A stretch of 64,000 bases of DNA from contig JAPPLI010000100.1 of assembly GCA_028819495.1 (NCBI GenBank), positions 4,190 through 68,189 on the forward strand, given 5' to 3'. The notes under the pieces were generated by a model that searched no databases, was not told the origin of the DNA, and was given only the letters and a program-made list of their open reading frames with translations. Position numbers and translations under genes: made by a program. Origin of the DNA: Gammaproteobacteria bacterium (lineage in GTDB: Bacteria; Pseudomonadota; Gammaproteobacteria; Eutrophobiales; Eutrophobiaceae). This document shows, piece after piece, positions 9,791 to 19,637 of this stretch (positions are counted from its first letter, which is position 1; each line of letters opens with the position of its first letter).

Positions 9791-10780
9791 ATGGATTATC
9801 CGATTTGCGCAAAAACGCCTGCGATCCAGAAACTTCATCACCGGGACATCGATGAACAGGCGGCGCGGCTGACCGGTTACGATCAATCCTACCAGCAGAT
9901 CAGCAGGGGCCCTTTCCGCGGCACTTTCACCACCTGTGATGTGGACCCGGAACTGAGCCTGTTCTTTGAGAAGACCAACCAGGTGCTGTATCAAAATGCC
10001 ATGGTCCCGCGTGATTATTACGCAATCGGCCTGTTGATGAACACCGACAGGACGCTGGTGTTGAACTGTGAACCTTTTCCGAAAGGCGCGGCGTTTATAT
10101 TACCTCCCGGGTCTGAAATGGAGGGCATTTCATCTCCCGACATGCGAATCTGCATCGTCCATGTTTCCTGCGATTTGCTGAAGCGGACGCTTCAACACCA
10201 GTACCGGGAATCGAACCTGTTCGACCCGGATTATCTTCCGTATATGCTCATCCAGAACGAAAAGGAAACGCAGCCCCTGTTTTCGTTACTGGAAGATTTC
10301 CAGACCGGGGCAGATAAAGCGCATCTTTCCCTGGAAAGTACGAACCAGTTGGCGGCGCTGAAAAATGCCCTGGTAGAAACGATATGTTCGGTGTTCATAA
10401 CAAAGCAGGATCAAGGCAGGACTAAATCCGGCATCACGACAATAACCAGGCACCATCGTCTGTTTCATGATGCGCTCGACCTGATTCAAGACAATATCTG
10501 TGAAGAATTGACTGTCGGGAAACTGTGTGAGGAGTTGACGACGTCACGGCGCACGCTGGAATACGTGTTCAAAGAGAACATCAAAATGAGCCCCGCCAAG
10601 TATATCAGGGCCTTTCGTCTCAATAATATCCGGCGGGAAATCCTGTTGATGGAACCTGACACACTGGGAGACATCGCGGCAAGGTGGGGTATCTGGCACC
10701 TGGGACGCTTCGCCCGGGACTACTACCAGCTTTTCGGCGAACTGCCCTCTACGACGAAAGGAGGCGTTTACCGGCGTTAA
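9791..10780 (+). CDS. AraC-family regulator (EutR-like)
   Basis: DIDEQAARLTGYDQSYQQISRGPFRG N-domain; C-terminal WGIWHLGRFARDYYQLFGELPSTT. Confidence 0.88.
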   Translation: MDYPICAKTPAIQKLHHRDIDEQAARLTGYDQSYQQISRGPFRGTFTTCDVDPELSLFFEKTNQVLYQNAMVPRDYYAIGLLMNTDRTLVLNCEPFPKGAAFILPPGSEMEGISSPDMRICIVHVSCDLLKRTLQHQYRESNLFDPDYLPYMLIQNEKETQPLFSLLEDFQTGADKAHLSLESTNQLAALKNALVETICSVFITKQDQGRTKSGITTITRHHRLFHDALDLIQDNICEELTVGKLCEELTTSRRTLEYVFKENIKMSPAKYIRAFRLNNIRREILLMEPDTLGDIAARWGIWHLGRFARDYYQLFGELPSTTKGGVYRR

Positions 10781-10786
10781 TCTCGC

Positions 10787-11851
10787 CTACGCCCCCCTGT
10801 CGACCAGGACACCGCGCCGGACCTGGTCCTGTTCAATGGATTCGAACAGGGCCTGAAAATTGCCCTCGCCAAACCCCTCGTTGCCTTTGCGCTGGATGAT
10901 CTCGAAGAAGATCGGGCCGATCACATTTCCGGTGAAGATCTGCAGTAATATCCCCTGTCCTTCAGTGGGCGCGCCGTCAACCAGGATGCGGCGTTGCCTG
11001 AGGGCTTCAAGGTCTTCGCCGTGACCGGGCACGCGCCGGTCTACGCTTTCATAGTAGCTGTCGGGCGTATCCTGGAACACCACGTCGTGGCTGCATAACG
11101 CATCCACAGTTACATAGATGTCCGCCGTGCCCAGAGCAATATGTTGTATGCCTTCGCCGCGATATTCGCTCAGGTATTCCTCGATCTGCGATTTATCATC
11201 GGCGGACTCGTTGATCGGGATGCGTATTTTGCCGCAGGGACTGGTCATGGCCCGGCTCTTCAGCCCGGTCAGTTTCCCCTCGATATCGAAGTACCTCAAT
11301 TCGCGGAAGTTGAACAGTTTCTCGTAGAACCCGGCCCATTTGTCCATATTGCCGCGCCGGACATTGTGGGTCAGGTGGTCTACATAGGTCAGCCCTGTGC
11401 GCATGACATGATAATCGGCTTCCACCGGCACAAAGTCCACGTCATAGATGGTCCTGTCCCCGTAGCGATCAACCAGGTAGATGCGACTCCCGCCGATCCC
11501 TTCTATGGCGGGGATATTCAATTCCATGGGGCCCGGCCTGGTCTCCACGCCTTGCGCGCCAAGATCCAGCGCCCGGGCATAAGCCCTGGCCGCGTCCTTC
11601 ACACGGAAGGCGACCGCGCAGATGGACGGTCCGTGCTGCTCCGCAAAGCGCCGGGCGAAACTGCCCGGTTCGGCGTTGATGATGAAGTTGATGTCTCCCT
11701 GCGAATGCAAGGTCACGTTCTTGCTGCGGTGTTTTGCCGTTACCGGGAAACCCATCTTTTCAAACAGGTTGCGCAGCAACTCCGGGTCCGGCGCGGTGTA
11801 TTCGATGAACTCGAAACCGTCGGTGCCCATCGGGTTGTGGATGTCAGTCAT
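10787..11851 (-). CDS. hppD: 4-hydroxyphenylpyruvate dioxygenase
   Basis: NPMGTDGFEFIEY, DHLTHNV, EGIQHIAL, FFEIIQRKGNEGFGEGNF; AGGAG RBS before ATG 11851. Confidence 0.96.
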   Translation of the reverse strand: MTDIHNPMGTDGFEFIEYTAPDPELLRNLFEKMGFPVTAKHRSKNVTLHSQGDINFIINAEPGSFARRFAEQHGPSICAVAFRVKDAARAYARALDLGAQGVETRPGPMELNIPAIEGIGGSRIYLVDRYGDRTIYDVDFVPVEADYHVMRTGLTYVDHLTHNVRRGNMDKWAGFYEKLFNFRELRYFDIEGKLTGLKSRAMTSPCGKIRIPINESADDKSQIEEYLSEYRGEGIQHIALGTADIYVTVDALCSHDVVFQDTPDSYYESVDRRVPGHGEDLEALRQRRILVDGAPTEGQGILLQIFTGNVIGPIFFEIIQRKGNEGFGEGNFQALFESIEQDQVRRGVLVDRGA

Positions 11852-11875
11852 GTTTTCGACTCCTGGCATGTCAAA

Positions 11876-11915
11876 TAGTTGCTTTAACAACTGATTTTAG
11901 TTGCATTGACAACTA
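11876..11915. promoter_or_regulatory. Tandem MarR-type operators TAGTTG-N6-CAACTR
   Basis: TAGTTGctttaaCAACTG (11876-11893) and TAGTTGcattgaCAACTA (11898-11915) between divergent hppD and marR. Confidence 0.6.
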
Positions 11916-11939
11916 TTGTCAATTATGTGTGAGATACTT

Positions 11940-12046
11940 GGGGTCTGAGTAAAATTCTGAAGAACATTGCCTATATGCAGGGGTCAGAGTAAAATCACTC
12001 TTGTCCTTGCCATCGGCGATAGACCTCAAGATTTTACTCCGACCCC
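11940..12046. repeat. Family A palindrome: half copy plus long-loop variant
   Basis: GGGGTCTGAGTAAAATT half site at 11940; GGGGTCAGAGTAAAATC-(33 nt)-GATTTTACTCCGACCCC at 11980-12046. Confidence 0.8.
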
Positions 12047-12068
12047 ATCAATCTCATAATTCTTTACC

Positions 12069-12515
12069 ATGCAACACCGTAAGCCCTTGCGACTGGAATC
12101 ATTCCTGCCCTACCGGCTGTCCCTGTTGTCGAATGCCATCAGCGGCGCCATCGCTGCCGTGTATGGGGACAAGTTCGCCATTTCCATGCCGGAATGGCGC
12201 ATCATGATGATCCTGGCGGAATACCCTGACATATCCGCGGATGAGGTCTGCCGCCGCACAAAAATCGAAAAATCCGTGGTCTCCCGCGCCGTGGCGCGGC
12301 TGCTCAGCCGCCACCTTGTCAACCGGGACGTGGACGAAAAAGACAGGCGCCGTTCAATATTACGACTTTCCGAGACCGGCCTGTCCGTCTATGATGAAGT
12401 AATGCCAATCGCCAGAAATTACGAAGCAGAGTTGCTGGCGGATTTAACCGCTGAAGAACTGGAAGCGTTTAACGCCACGATCGATAAACTGATGGCAAAG
12501 GCAACCCGTATCTGA
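12069..12515 (+). CDS. MarR-family regulator
   Basis: LESFLPYRLSLLSN, EWRIM, KSVVSRAV, DRRRSILRLS. Confidence 0.92.
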   Translation: MQHRKPLRLESFLPYRLSLLSNAISGAIAAVYGDKFAISMPEWRIMMILAEYPDISADEVCRRTKIEKSVVSRAVARLLSRHLVNRDVDEKDRRRSILRLSETGLSVYDEVMPIARNYEAELLADLTAEELEAFNATIDKLMAKATRI

Positions 12516-12527
12516 TACCGGATTCCA

Positions 12528-12598
12528 GGGGTCAGAGTAAGAAATTCGTAGAATTTTTACTCTGACCCCATAATTTGGGGCGATTTTACTCTGACCCC
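12528..12598. repeat. Family A palindrome (42 bp) plus half copy
   Basis: GGGGTCAGAGTAAGAAATTCGTAGAATTTTTACTCTGACCCC at 12528-12569; extra TTTTACTCTGACCCC ending 12598. Confidence 0.92.
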
Positions 12599-12624
12599 AC
12601 AAATTTATTAACAGGAGAATTTTG

Positions 12625-13713
12625 ATGGAATTAGCCGTTCTCGGCGGCGGTCACGGCAGTTACGCCGCTGCCGCAACACTCACCGAACAAGGTCACCAGG
12701 TGCGTTTCTGGCGCCGTGACAGGGACGCGTTTGAACCGGTATTGCAGTCCGGGTCCGTTAACATCTTGGACAGCAACGGGGAACGGGAGGTGAAGATACA
12801 CCATGTGACGACCGATCTCGCTGATGCAATCGGCGGGGTGGACTTGATAGTGAATCCCTTGCCGGCGCTGACCCATGAATCCCTGGCAAAAGCGATGGCG
12901 CCCCATTTAAGCGACGGCCAGGTCGTTTATCTTCCGCCGGGCACTTTCGGCAGCTACATCTTTGCCAGGGCCATGCGTGATGCAGGAAACCAGGCAAATG
13001 CCAGTTTTGCCGAAACCGGCACCTTGCCTTACCTGGCCAGGAAACGGGCGGCCAACCTGGTCGCCGTCAGCGGTTACGCCACCCGTTTGCCCACCGGTGT
13101 CTTCCCGTCGAAAAATTCGGACCATGCCTTCCCCATACTGGAACAGGCATACCCGGTCATCGAACGCATCGAAGACGCCCTGAGCGGCGCTTTGATGAAT
13201 GCCGGTCCCATTATCCATCCGCCATTAATCATGATGAACGCCGGTCCCATGGAGCATTTTGACGAGTGGGACATCCATAACGAAGGCACACAACCCTCCA
13301 TCCGGCGCGTCACGGACGCGCTTGATGGGGAGAGGATTGCCATCCGCAGAGCATTCGGCTACGCCCCGCCCCATTTCCCCCTCGCCGACCATTACAGCCT
13401 GGAAGGTGATGAGTGGATGTACGGCAACGCTGCCCATGAAAGGCTGACAGACAGCGCGGACTGGCGCGAACACATCGACCTGATAAACCACCGGTACATG
13501 ACCGAGGATATGGAGTTGGGACTGGCTTTGCTGGTCTCCTGCGCCGATTATCATGGGCTGGACACACCCGTATCCCGCGGCCTGTTGGCCCTCGGTTCGG
13601 CGATAGTGGGACGGGATTTCCGTGAGACTGGACGAACACTGGGCAACCTGGGCCTTGCCGGTTTTGACCGTGATGCCCTGGCTGATCTGTTGTACGAAGG
13701 TATCCGCAGATGA
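12625..13713 (+). CDS. NAD/NADP-dependent opine (octopine/nopaline) dehydrogenase family protein
   Basis: GGGHGS Rossmann motif, ETGTLPY, NAGPIIHP, HRYMTED; AGGAGA RBS. Confidence 0.85.
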   Translation: MELAVLGGGHGSYAAAATLTEQGHQVRFWRRDRDAFEPVLQSGSVNILDSNGEREVKIHHVTTDLADAIGGVDLIVNPLPALTHESLAKAMAPHLSDGQVVYLPPGTFGSYIFARAMRDAGNQANASFAETGTLPYLARKRAANLVAVSGYATRLPTGVFPSKNSDHAFPILEQAYPVIERIEDALSGALMNAGPIIHPPLIMMNAGPMEHFDEWDIHNEGTQPSIRRVTDALDGERIAIRRAFGYAPPHFPLADHYSLEGDEWMYGNAAHERLTDSADWREHIDLINHRYMTEDMELGLALLVSCADYHGLDTPVSRGLLALGSAIVGRDFRETGRTLGNLGLAGFDRDALADLLYEGIRR

Positions 13714-13728
13714 CGCAGATTTTCGCAG

Positions 13729-14715
13729 ATGCGTATGGAGGATAAACGGATCCTGGCCGCAGGCGCCGGGCGCATGGGCAGGGGTATTGCCCACATGTTT
13801 GCCTATGCGGGTTATTCGGTGACGCTGCTTGACCTCAAGGAACGCGACGGTGAAGGATTCAGCCAACTGGCCGATGCCGCCCTGGCTGAAGTTGAAGCAA
13901 ACCTGATATTCCTGTCCGGGCTGGGCCATATCAGCCGCGCCCAGGTAAAAAAAGTCCTTGAACTCATCCGGGTCAGGCCGCTTGCGAGCGCCGCCGGCGA
14001 GCTTGCCGCGGCTGATATCGTCATTGAAGGGGTTCCGGAGACCCGCGAGGCGAAACAGAACGCACTTGGACTGATAGGGGAGCATGTCCGCGCTGATACC
14101 ATCGTGACCTCGACCACCTCATCCATGCTGGTGACCGAGTTACAGGAATGGACAACGAAACCGGAACGTTTTTTAAACACGCATTTCCTGAATCCAGCTT
14201 ATCTTATCCCTCTGGTGGAGGTCAGCCCCTCCCCGAATACCGACGAAAGCGTTGTAGAAGACGTCATTGCCCTGTTCGAGGCCATCGGCAAGGTGCCGGT
14301 CAGGTGCTCGGCGTCACCGGGCCTGATCATCCCGCGCCTGCAATCGCTGATCATGGCGGAGGCCTGCCGCATGGTGGAAGAAGGCGTAGCCACGCCAGCA
14401 GAGATCGACAAGGCCATCACCCACGGTTTCGGTCCGCGTTATGCGACCCTGGGCGTGATGGAATTCATCGACTGGGGCGGCGTCGATATTCTCTACTATG
14501 CAGGCCACTACCTCTCAAAAGCACTCGATTCCCCGCGCCACGCCCCGCCAGAAGAAGTGACAAAAATGATGGAAGACGGCCGCAAGGGCCTGCGCGAAGG
14601 CCGGGGCTATTACGATTTCCGCGACATGGACGTGGAGGCCTGGCAAAAGGAAAAACTGACCCGCTTTGTCACCCTGCTGGGCAGCCTGGGACAGATCCCG
14701 AAACCCGGCGTCTGA
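13729..14715 (+). CDS. 3-hydroxyacyl-CoA dehydrogenase family protein
   Basis: GAGRMGRG, EGVPE...K, STTSS, HFLNPAYLIPLVEV. Confidence 0.88.
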   Translation: MRMEDKRILAAGAGRMGRGIAHMFAYAGYSVTLLDLKERDGEGFSQLADAALAEVEANLIFLSGLGHISRAQVKKVLELIRVRPLASAAGELAAADIVIEGVPETREAKQNALGLIGEHVRADTIVTSTTSSMLVTELQEWTTKPERFLNTHFLNPAYLIPLVEVSPSPNTDESVVEDVIALFEAIGKVPVRCSASPGLIIPRLQSLIMAEACRMVEEGVATPAEIDKAITHGFGPRYATLGVMEFIDWGGVDILYYAGHYLSKALDSPRHAPPEEVTKMMEDGRKGLREGRGYYDFRDMDVEAWQKEKLTRFVTLLGSLGQIPKPGV

Positions 14716-14731
14716 CGATCAGGTAAATCCA

Positions 14732-14773
14732 GGGGTCAGAGTAAGAAATTCGAAGAATTTTTACTCTGACCCC
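14732..14773. repeat. Family A palindrome (42 bp) between convergent genes
   Basis: GGGGTCAGAGTAAGAAATTCGAAGAATTTTTACTCTGACCCC. Confidence 0.95.
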
Positions 14774-14780
14774 TTAATTC

Positions 14781-15401
14781 TTAATCAATCCGGATAATTC
14801 CCTTATCCTTCATATATTCAACAATGATTTCAACCTCTTCCTCAAGCGTCATCCGGTCGGTTCGGAGATGGATCTCCGGACTTTCCGGTTTCTCATAAGG
14901 ATCGTCAATCCCGGTAAAGTTCCTGATCTCCCCTGCCCTGGCTTTCTTGTACAGGCCCTTGGGGTCGCGCTGCTCCGCTGTCTCCAGCGAACAATCCACG
15001 TGTACCTCGATGAATTCGAACTCCGCTTCCCGGTGCAGTTCCCGTACCCGGTCGCGATCCGCCCGGTAAGGGCTGATAAAAGCGGACAGGACCAGCAGGC
15101 CCGCATCCACAAACAGCTTGGAGATCTCGCCGATACGGCGTATGTTCTCCGTGCGGTCCTCCGCGGAAAAGCCCAGGTTCCTGTTTATTCCCATGCGGAT
15201 GTTGTCACCATCCAGCCGGTAACTCAGTTTTCCGAGTTCGTAAAGCGCCGCCTCCAGCGCGACCGCAATCGTGCTCTTACCGCTGCCTGATAGTCCGGTA
15301 AACCAGAGTGTCGCCCCTTTCTGCCCCAGAAACCGGTTCCGGTCCGCGCGGGTGATGTCTCCGTCATGCCAATGTACATTGGTCGCTTTTTGTTTTGTCA
15401 C
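14781..15401 (-). CDS. cysC: Adenylyl-sulfate kinase
   Basis: [38 protein letters not shown]; GTG 15401 ([12 protein letters not shown]) preferred over the ORF start at 15521. Confidence 0.95.
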   Translation of the reverse strand: MTKQKATNVHWHDGDITRADRNRFLGQKGATLWFTGLSGSGKSTIAVALEAALYELGKLSYRLDGDNIRMGINRNLGFSAEDRTENIRRIGEISKLFVDAGLLVLSAFISPYRADRDRVRELHREAEFEFIEVHVDCSLETAEQRDPKGLYKKARAGEIRNFTGIDDPYEKPESPEIHLRTDRMTLEEEVEIIVEYMKDKGIIRID

Positions 15402-15492
15402 GTTCTGTACCTGTGTATTCCTGTTCCGATAGAGCGGATGAGAGGAAAACAGTTTAACATGTAGCATGAACCGGGATATATCAGGAACCAGG

Positions 15493-16674
15493 GTGAATAA
15501 CGACAGAAAACCGGTAGTCATCAGCTACGCGGCCGCAAGAGTAGGACGGCTGGAACAGGCGCGGTTCGAGCACGAAATCCTTTCAGATCTGGTCATCGAT
15601 GCCGTGCGCTCCGCCAGCCTCGACAAGGCCGATATCGGTTCTGCCGTATTTACAGCGCCGGCACCCACCACGCGCCAACGGGCTTTCGCCACGTTCATGT
15701 TGAGCCGGCTGGGGTTGCGCTGTCACGGACAGGCCGCGGAGGTCAGTAACCTGGGCATTACCGGCGGTCTGGCCTTCGACCAGGCCTGCGCCGACGTCCG
15801 GGGCGGACGGGCTGAAGCAGCGCTTGCGCTGGGCATAGAGTACAACTCGGGAGTCGATGCGGCAACCATGATGGAATCCGCGATCCGTGCGGCAGGCGAT
15901 GTAAATTTCCAGTCACCCTTCGGACTGACGCCTATAGCCTGGTATGCTCTGGACGCGGACCGTTACCTGTTTGAGACCGGGACCACCCGGCGCGATCTCG
16001 CTGCAATAGCAGTCAAAAACCGGCGTCATGCCATGCTCAATCCCCTCGCCCAGTTTCAAACCCCGCTAACGGTGGACGACGTATTGGAACAACCTCCCAT
16101 TGTAGAACCGCTCGGGCGCTTCGATGTTCCGCCACGTAGCGACGGCGCCATCTGCCTGGTGATCACATCCGAGGAAGCGGCACGTGAACTTGGTAAACCC
16201 TTCCTGCGGGTATTGGGACGAGGGTTTGCCCACGACGGGCGCCACCAGGTGGGTTGCACACCCCATGACATGACCGACTTTCCCGCCGCCCGGCAGGCAA
16301 CCAGGCAGGCACTGGAAGACGCAGGCACGGGGCTGGATCAAATCGGTGTGGCGGAATTATATGCCCCATGCACGATAACGGAGGCGCTGGTTACTGAAGC
16401 GATAGGACTTGTGGGTAAGGGTGGAGGCGCTGCCGCCGCGGCCAATGGTGAGACTGCAATCGGCGGGCGCATCCCGGTATGCACCTCCGGCGGTTGCCTG
16501 TCCCGCGGACACCCGCCCGGACTGACCGCCCTGTACGGCATTGCCGAGATTTTCGATCAACTCACGCACGGGGCAGGCGAACGCCAGGTTGCCGGCGCCG
16601 GTCTGGGCCTGCACATGTGTGAACTGGGTAATTACAATGCCGCCCTTGCCCACGTGATGGATGCAGGGAACTGA
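15493..16674 (+). CDS. Thiolase-fold protein (SCP2/Ltp2-like) lacking the N-terminal catalytic Cys
   Basis: [32 protein letters not shown]; SNLGITGG replaces the usual N-x-C-x-S-G. Confidence 0.8.
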   Translation: MNNDRKPVVISYAAARVGRLEQARFEHEILSDLVIDAVRSASLDKADIGSAVFTAPAPTTRQRAFATFMLSRLGLRCHGQAAEVSNLGITGGLAFDQACADVRGGRAEAALALGIEYNSGVDAATMMESAIRAAGDVNFQSPFGLTPIAWYALDADRYLFETGTTRRDLAAIAVKNRRHAMLNPLAQFQTPLTVDDVLEQPPIVEPLGRFDVPPRSDGAICLVITSEEAARELGKPFLRVLGRGFAHDGRHQVGCTPHDMTDFPAARQATRQALEDAGTGLDQIGVAELYAPCTITEALVTEAIGLVGKGGGAAAAANGETAIGGRIPVCTSGGCLSRGHPPGLTALYGIAEIFDQLTHGAGERQVAGAGLGLHMCELGNYNAALAHVMDAGN

Positions 16675-16676
16675 TC

Positions 16677-17090
16677 ATGGATATCATCAAGGTCCCGAAA
16701 CCTCTTCCACTCGTACCGGAATACTCCGAATTCACCGAGACGTTCCGGCAAGGTCTGGAAGCAGGGAAATTCATGACGACCGCTTGCGCGTCATGCGGCG
16801 CGTTGACGTTCCCGCCCAAACAACATTGTCCGGACTGCTGGTCGGATGACTTGAACTGGACTGAACTGTCGGGACAGGGAATCCTGTATGCAAGAACGAC
16901 CATCCATGCCGCCGCCACACAATTCCGCGACGAGGTGCCGTTCAGTGTCGGCATTGTCGACCTGGAGGAAGGGGTAAGGTTAGTGGCAGGCTTGATCGAT
17001 GACCCGGACAGAATTAAAAACGGCGATGCAATCAGGCTGGTAATATTGTCATACGAAGACGGGCTGTTATTTGCGGCAAGACCGGCGTAA
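16677..17090 (+). CDS. DUF35 Zn-ribbon/OB-fold protein (ChsH2-like)
   Basis: CASCG...FPPKQHCPDC, SGQGILYART, VDLEEGVRL; follows the thiolase. Confidence 0.9.
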   Translation: MDIIKVPKPLPLVPEYSEFTETFRQGLEAGKFMTTACASCGALTFPPKQHCPDCWSDDLNWTELSGQGILYARTTIHAAATQFRDEVPFSVGIVDLEEGVRLVAGLIDDPDRIKNGDAIRLVILSYEDGLLFAARPA

Positions 17091-17200
17091 CCGGGTGGCC
17101 CGGGGCAGGACTGTGGGTTATCCTGCATAGGGAAAATACGGCATTGCATAAATTTCTGCCGGTTTATGGTACTAGAATAAACATTGAGTGATCTTTCATC

Positions 17201-19579
17201 ATGGGGGTCGTTGTGGACAAAAAGTATTTCTTAGCGGCTGGATTCGGTTTCTTTTTTACATTGATTTCCACCCTGGCCGTCGCCCAGGCAGTGCTGGAAG
17301 AGGTCGTTGTAACCGCCCAGAAACGCGAACAGTCCATACAGGACGTGCCGATCTCCATTACAGCCATCAGCGGGGAAAATCTATCAGCAAATATTGTACA
17401 GGACATTTTTGATCTCCGTGCGACTGTACCCGCGCTTGAGATCAGGGGCATCGATCCACCCAGCCAGGGCGCTGCGTTTGCCATCCGCGGCCTGGGGTCT
17501 TCAGTGTTTAACATGGGGTTTGAACCTACTGTCGGCACCTTTATCGATGGCGTTTATGTGAGTCGTTCCGGCCTGGTGGCGAGCAATGACCTGCTTGACC
17601 TGGACAGGGTTGAGGTATTAAAAGGCCCGCAAGGTACCCTGTTCGGCAAGAACACTACCGGTGGTGTCGTTCATTTCATCACGAATAAACCCTCGTTTGA
17701 TGAAATGGAGGGCTTTGCTGAAGTAACCTACCAGGAATATGACCAGGTCAGGGTGAGAGGCGTACTTAATGTGCCTGTCCAGGATAACTTCGCAGCCCGT
17801 ATCGCTGCTTCCTGGCATAATGGAGATGGATATCTTGATAACGCAAACGGCAAAGATATCAATGACCGGGACCGGTTCACGGTACGCGGCCAGTTGCTGT
17901 GGGAACCGAGTGACGATTTGAACATCCGGGTTATTGTCGATTATAGCGAAGTGGATGAAAACTGCTGTTGGGCAGTAAGACATACCAACAATCCGCTTAA
18001 CCCGTTTGTGAATGCGCCTTTGGCTGCAGCGATCGGTTCCAATCTTATTGACCCTCCCGATGTGGATAACCTCAGAGTAGCCTCTAATGGCGATCTGATT
18101 TTTGATGCCGAAGACTTCGGCATATCCGGTGAAATCAACTGGAAACTGGGCGATATAACGGTCACGTCCATCACCGCTTACAGGGATTACCAGGATGTGA
18201 CTATCAAGGACAATGACTTTACCGGTGTGGATATGCTGATTAATACGGATACCCTGCCGGAGGTGAGCATCATCTCGGAAGAATTCCGTATTGCCGGGGT
18301 GAGCGAAGACATTGGATTTGCCCAGTCGCTTGACTGGGTCGTCGGATTCTATTACGCCAACGAGCAGATTCAGCGTACCCGGGAATTTGTCTGGGGATCA
18401 CAAATCACTGCATTTCCATTTTTCGCTCCTGGTTTGTTCGGCAATGTCCCGGGACGTGCATTCTTCGATGAATTCAGCCAGGACGTAGACACCATAGCCG
18501 GTTTCGGCCATATCACCATCGACATCAACGATAAACTGTCACTTACAGGCGGCATCCGTTACACCGATGACGAAAAAAGCGCCAGCCACAGGGGTCAGAC
18601 AGGTATTCCGACTGCGCCTTTCAATAACTTACCGCTTGCCGTAGTACACGACTTCGATGCAACAAGGGCAGACAGTGAGGCAACAGGCACTGCCAGTATT
18701 CAATATAATGTCACGGATAATGTGATGGGCTTTTTCACTTATAGCCGCGGTTATAAATCCGGCGGCATCAGCCTGAACAGGGACGCTGCCGGTAACGCAC
18801 TGAGCCTGGGCGATCCGTTCCTGGGATGTCCTCCTGGAGGCACACCCGTGCCTGCATCTCCATTCTGCGCTTTCCCGCCGGCTGATCCTACATTCGAACC
18901 GGAGTTTGCCGACCATTACGAAATCGGTTTCAAAAGTACGTTGTTTGACGGCAGGATGCGGTTAAATGCTTCTATCTGGAAAACAGAGTTCGAAGGCCTG
19001 CAACTCCAGACATTAAGAAGGGATGGTTCTTTTCAAGTCATAAATGTAGCAGGAGCAACTTCTCAAGGTATTGAAGCAGACGTAAATTTTGCTGCAACTG
19101 ATTACCTGGACGTCTTTTTCGCCGTACAGTTTCTTGATGCGGATTTTGCTGATGAGGTTCCGGGACTGACACCGGGATTGCCGGCGCTGGGCGGACAAGA
19201 CATTCCTTTCGCTTCCGATATTACCGGAAATCTTGGAGCTAATCTCAGCTTACCGGTCGGTGACAGTGGCTGGGACTTTTTCCTTAACGGCAACCTGTTT
19301 TTCCGGACCGAGTATTTTTCCTTCACGGAACCGGATCCCGCACGCACCCAGAAAGCATATGAATTACTGAGTCTTCGGGGTGGCGTGAATTCACCGGACG
19401 GAAAATGGGAACTCGCCGTGTGGTGCCGTAACTGCACAGATGAAAGGTATAAATACAGTGATTTTGCTATTCCTTTTGACGGTGCGATACTGGCGTTTCC
19501 GGGGACTCCTCTTGGAACTCTCTGGTCACATTATGGTTCACCAAGATTTATCGGGGTAACCGGTACTTTCCGTTTCTAG
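17201..19579 (+). CDS. TonB-dependent receptor
   Basis: LEEVVVTAQKREQ, VEVLKGPQGTLFGKNTTGG, terminal Phe. Confidence 0.93.
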   Translation: MGVVVDKKYFLAAGFGFFFTLISTLAVAQAVLEEVVVTAQKREQSIQDVPISITAISGENLSANIVQDIFDLRATVPALEIRGIDPPSQGAAFAIRGLGSSVFNMGFEPTVGTFIDGVYVSRSGLVASNDLLDLDRVEVLKGPQGTLFGKNTTGGVVHFITNKPSFDEMEGFAEVTYQEYDQVRVRGVLNVPVQDNFAARIAASWHNGDGYLDNANGKDINDRDRFTVRGQLLWEPSDDLNIRVIVDYSEVDENCCWAVRHTNNPLNPFVNAPLAAAIGSNLIDPPDVDNLRVASNGDLIFDAEDFGISGEINWKLGDITVTSITAYRDYQDVTIKDNDFTGVDMLINTDTLPEVSIISEEFRIAGVSEDIGFAQSLDWVVGFYYANEQIQRTREFVWGSQITAFPFFAPGLFGNVPGRAFFDEFSQDVDTIAGFGHITIDINDKLSLTGGIRYTDDEKSASHRGQTGIPTAPFNNLPLAVVHDFDATRADSEATGTASIQYNVTDNVMGFFTYSRGYKSGGISLNRDAAGNALSLGDPFLGCPPGGTPVPASPFCAFPPADPTFEPEFADHYEIGFKSTLFDGRMRLNASIWKTEFEGLQLQTLRRDGSFQVINVAGATSQGIEADVNFAATDYLDVFFAVQFLDADFADEVPGLTPGLPALGGQDIPFASDITGNLGANLSLPVGDSGWDFFLNGNLFFRTEYFSFTEPDPARTQKAYELLSLRGGVNSPDGKWELAVWCRNCTDERYKYSDFAIPFDGAILAFPGTPLGTLWSHYGSPRFIGVTGTFRF

Positions 19580-19637
19580 CTTGAAGCCGTTATACATAGC
19601 AAATTAAATTGATGGTGGCTGACTGCAACAGTTAGCC

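Noticed and set aside
15402-15521. Overlap of cysC and thiolase 5' ends
   Set aside because: It disappears when the GTG starts at 15401 and 15493 are used
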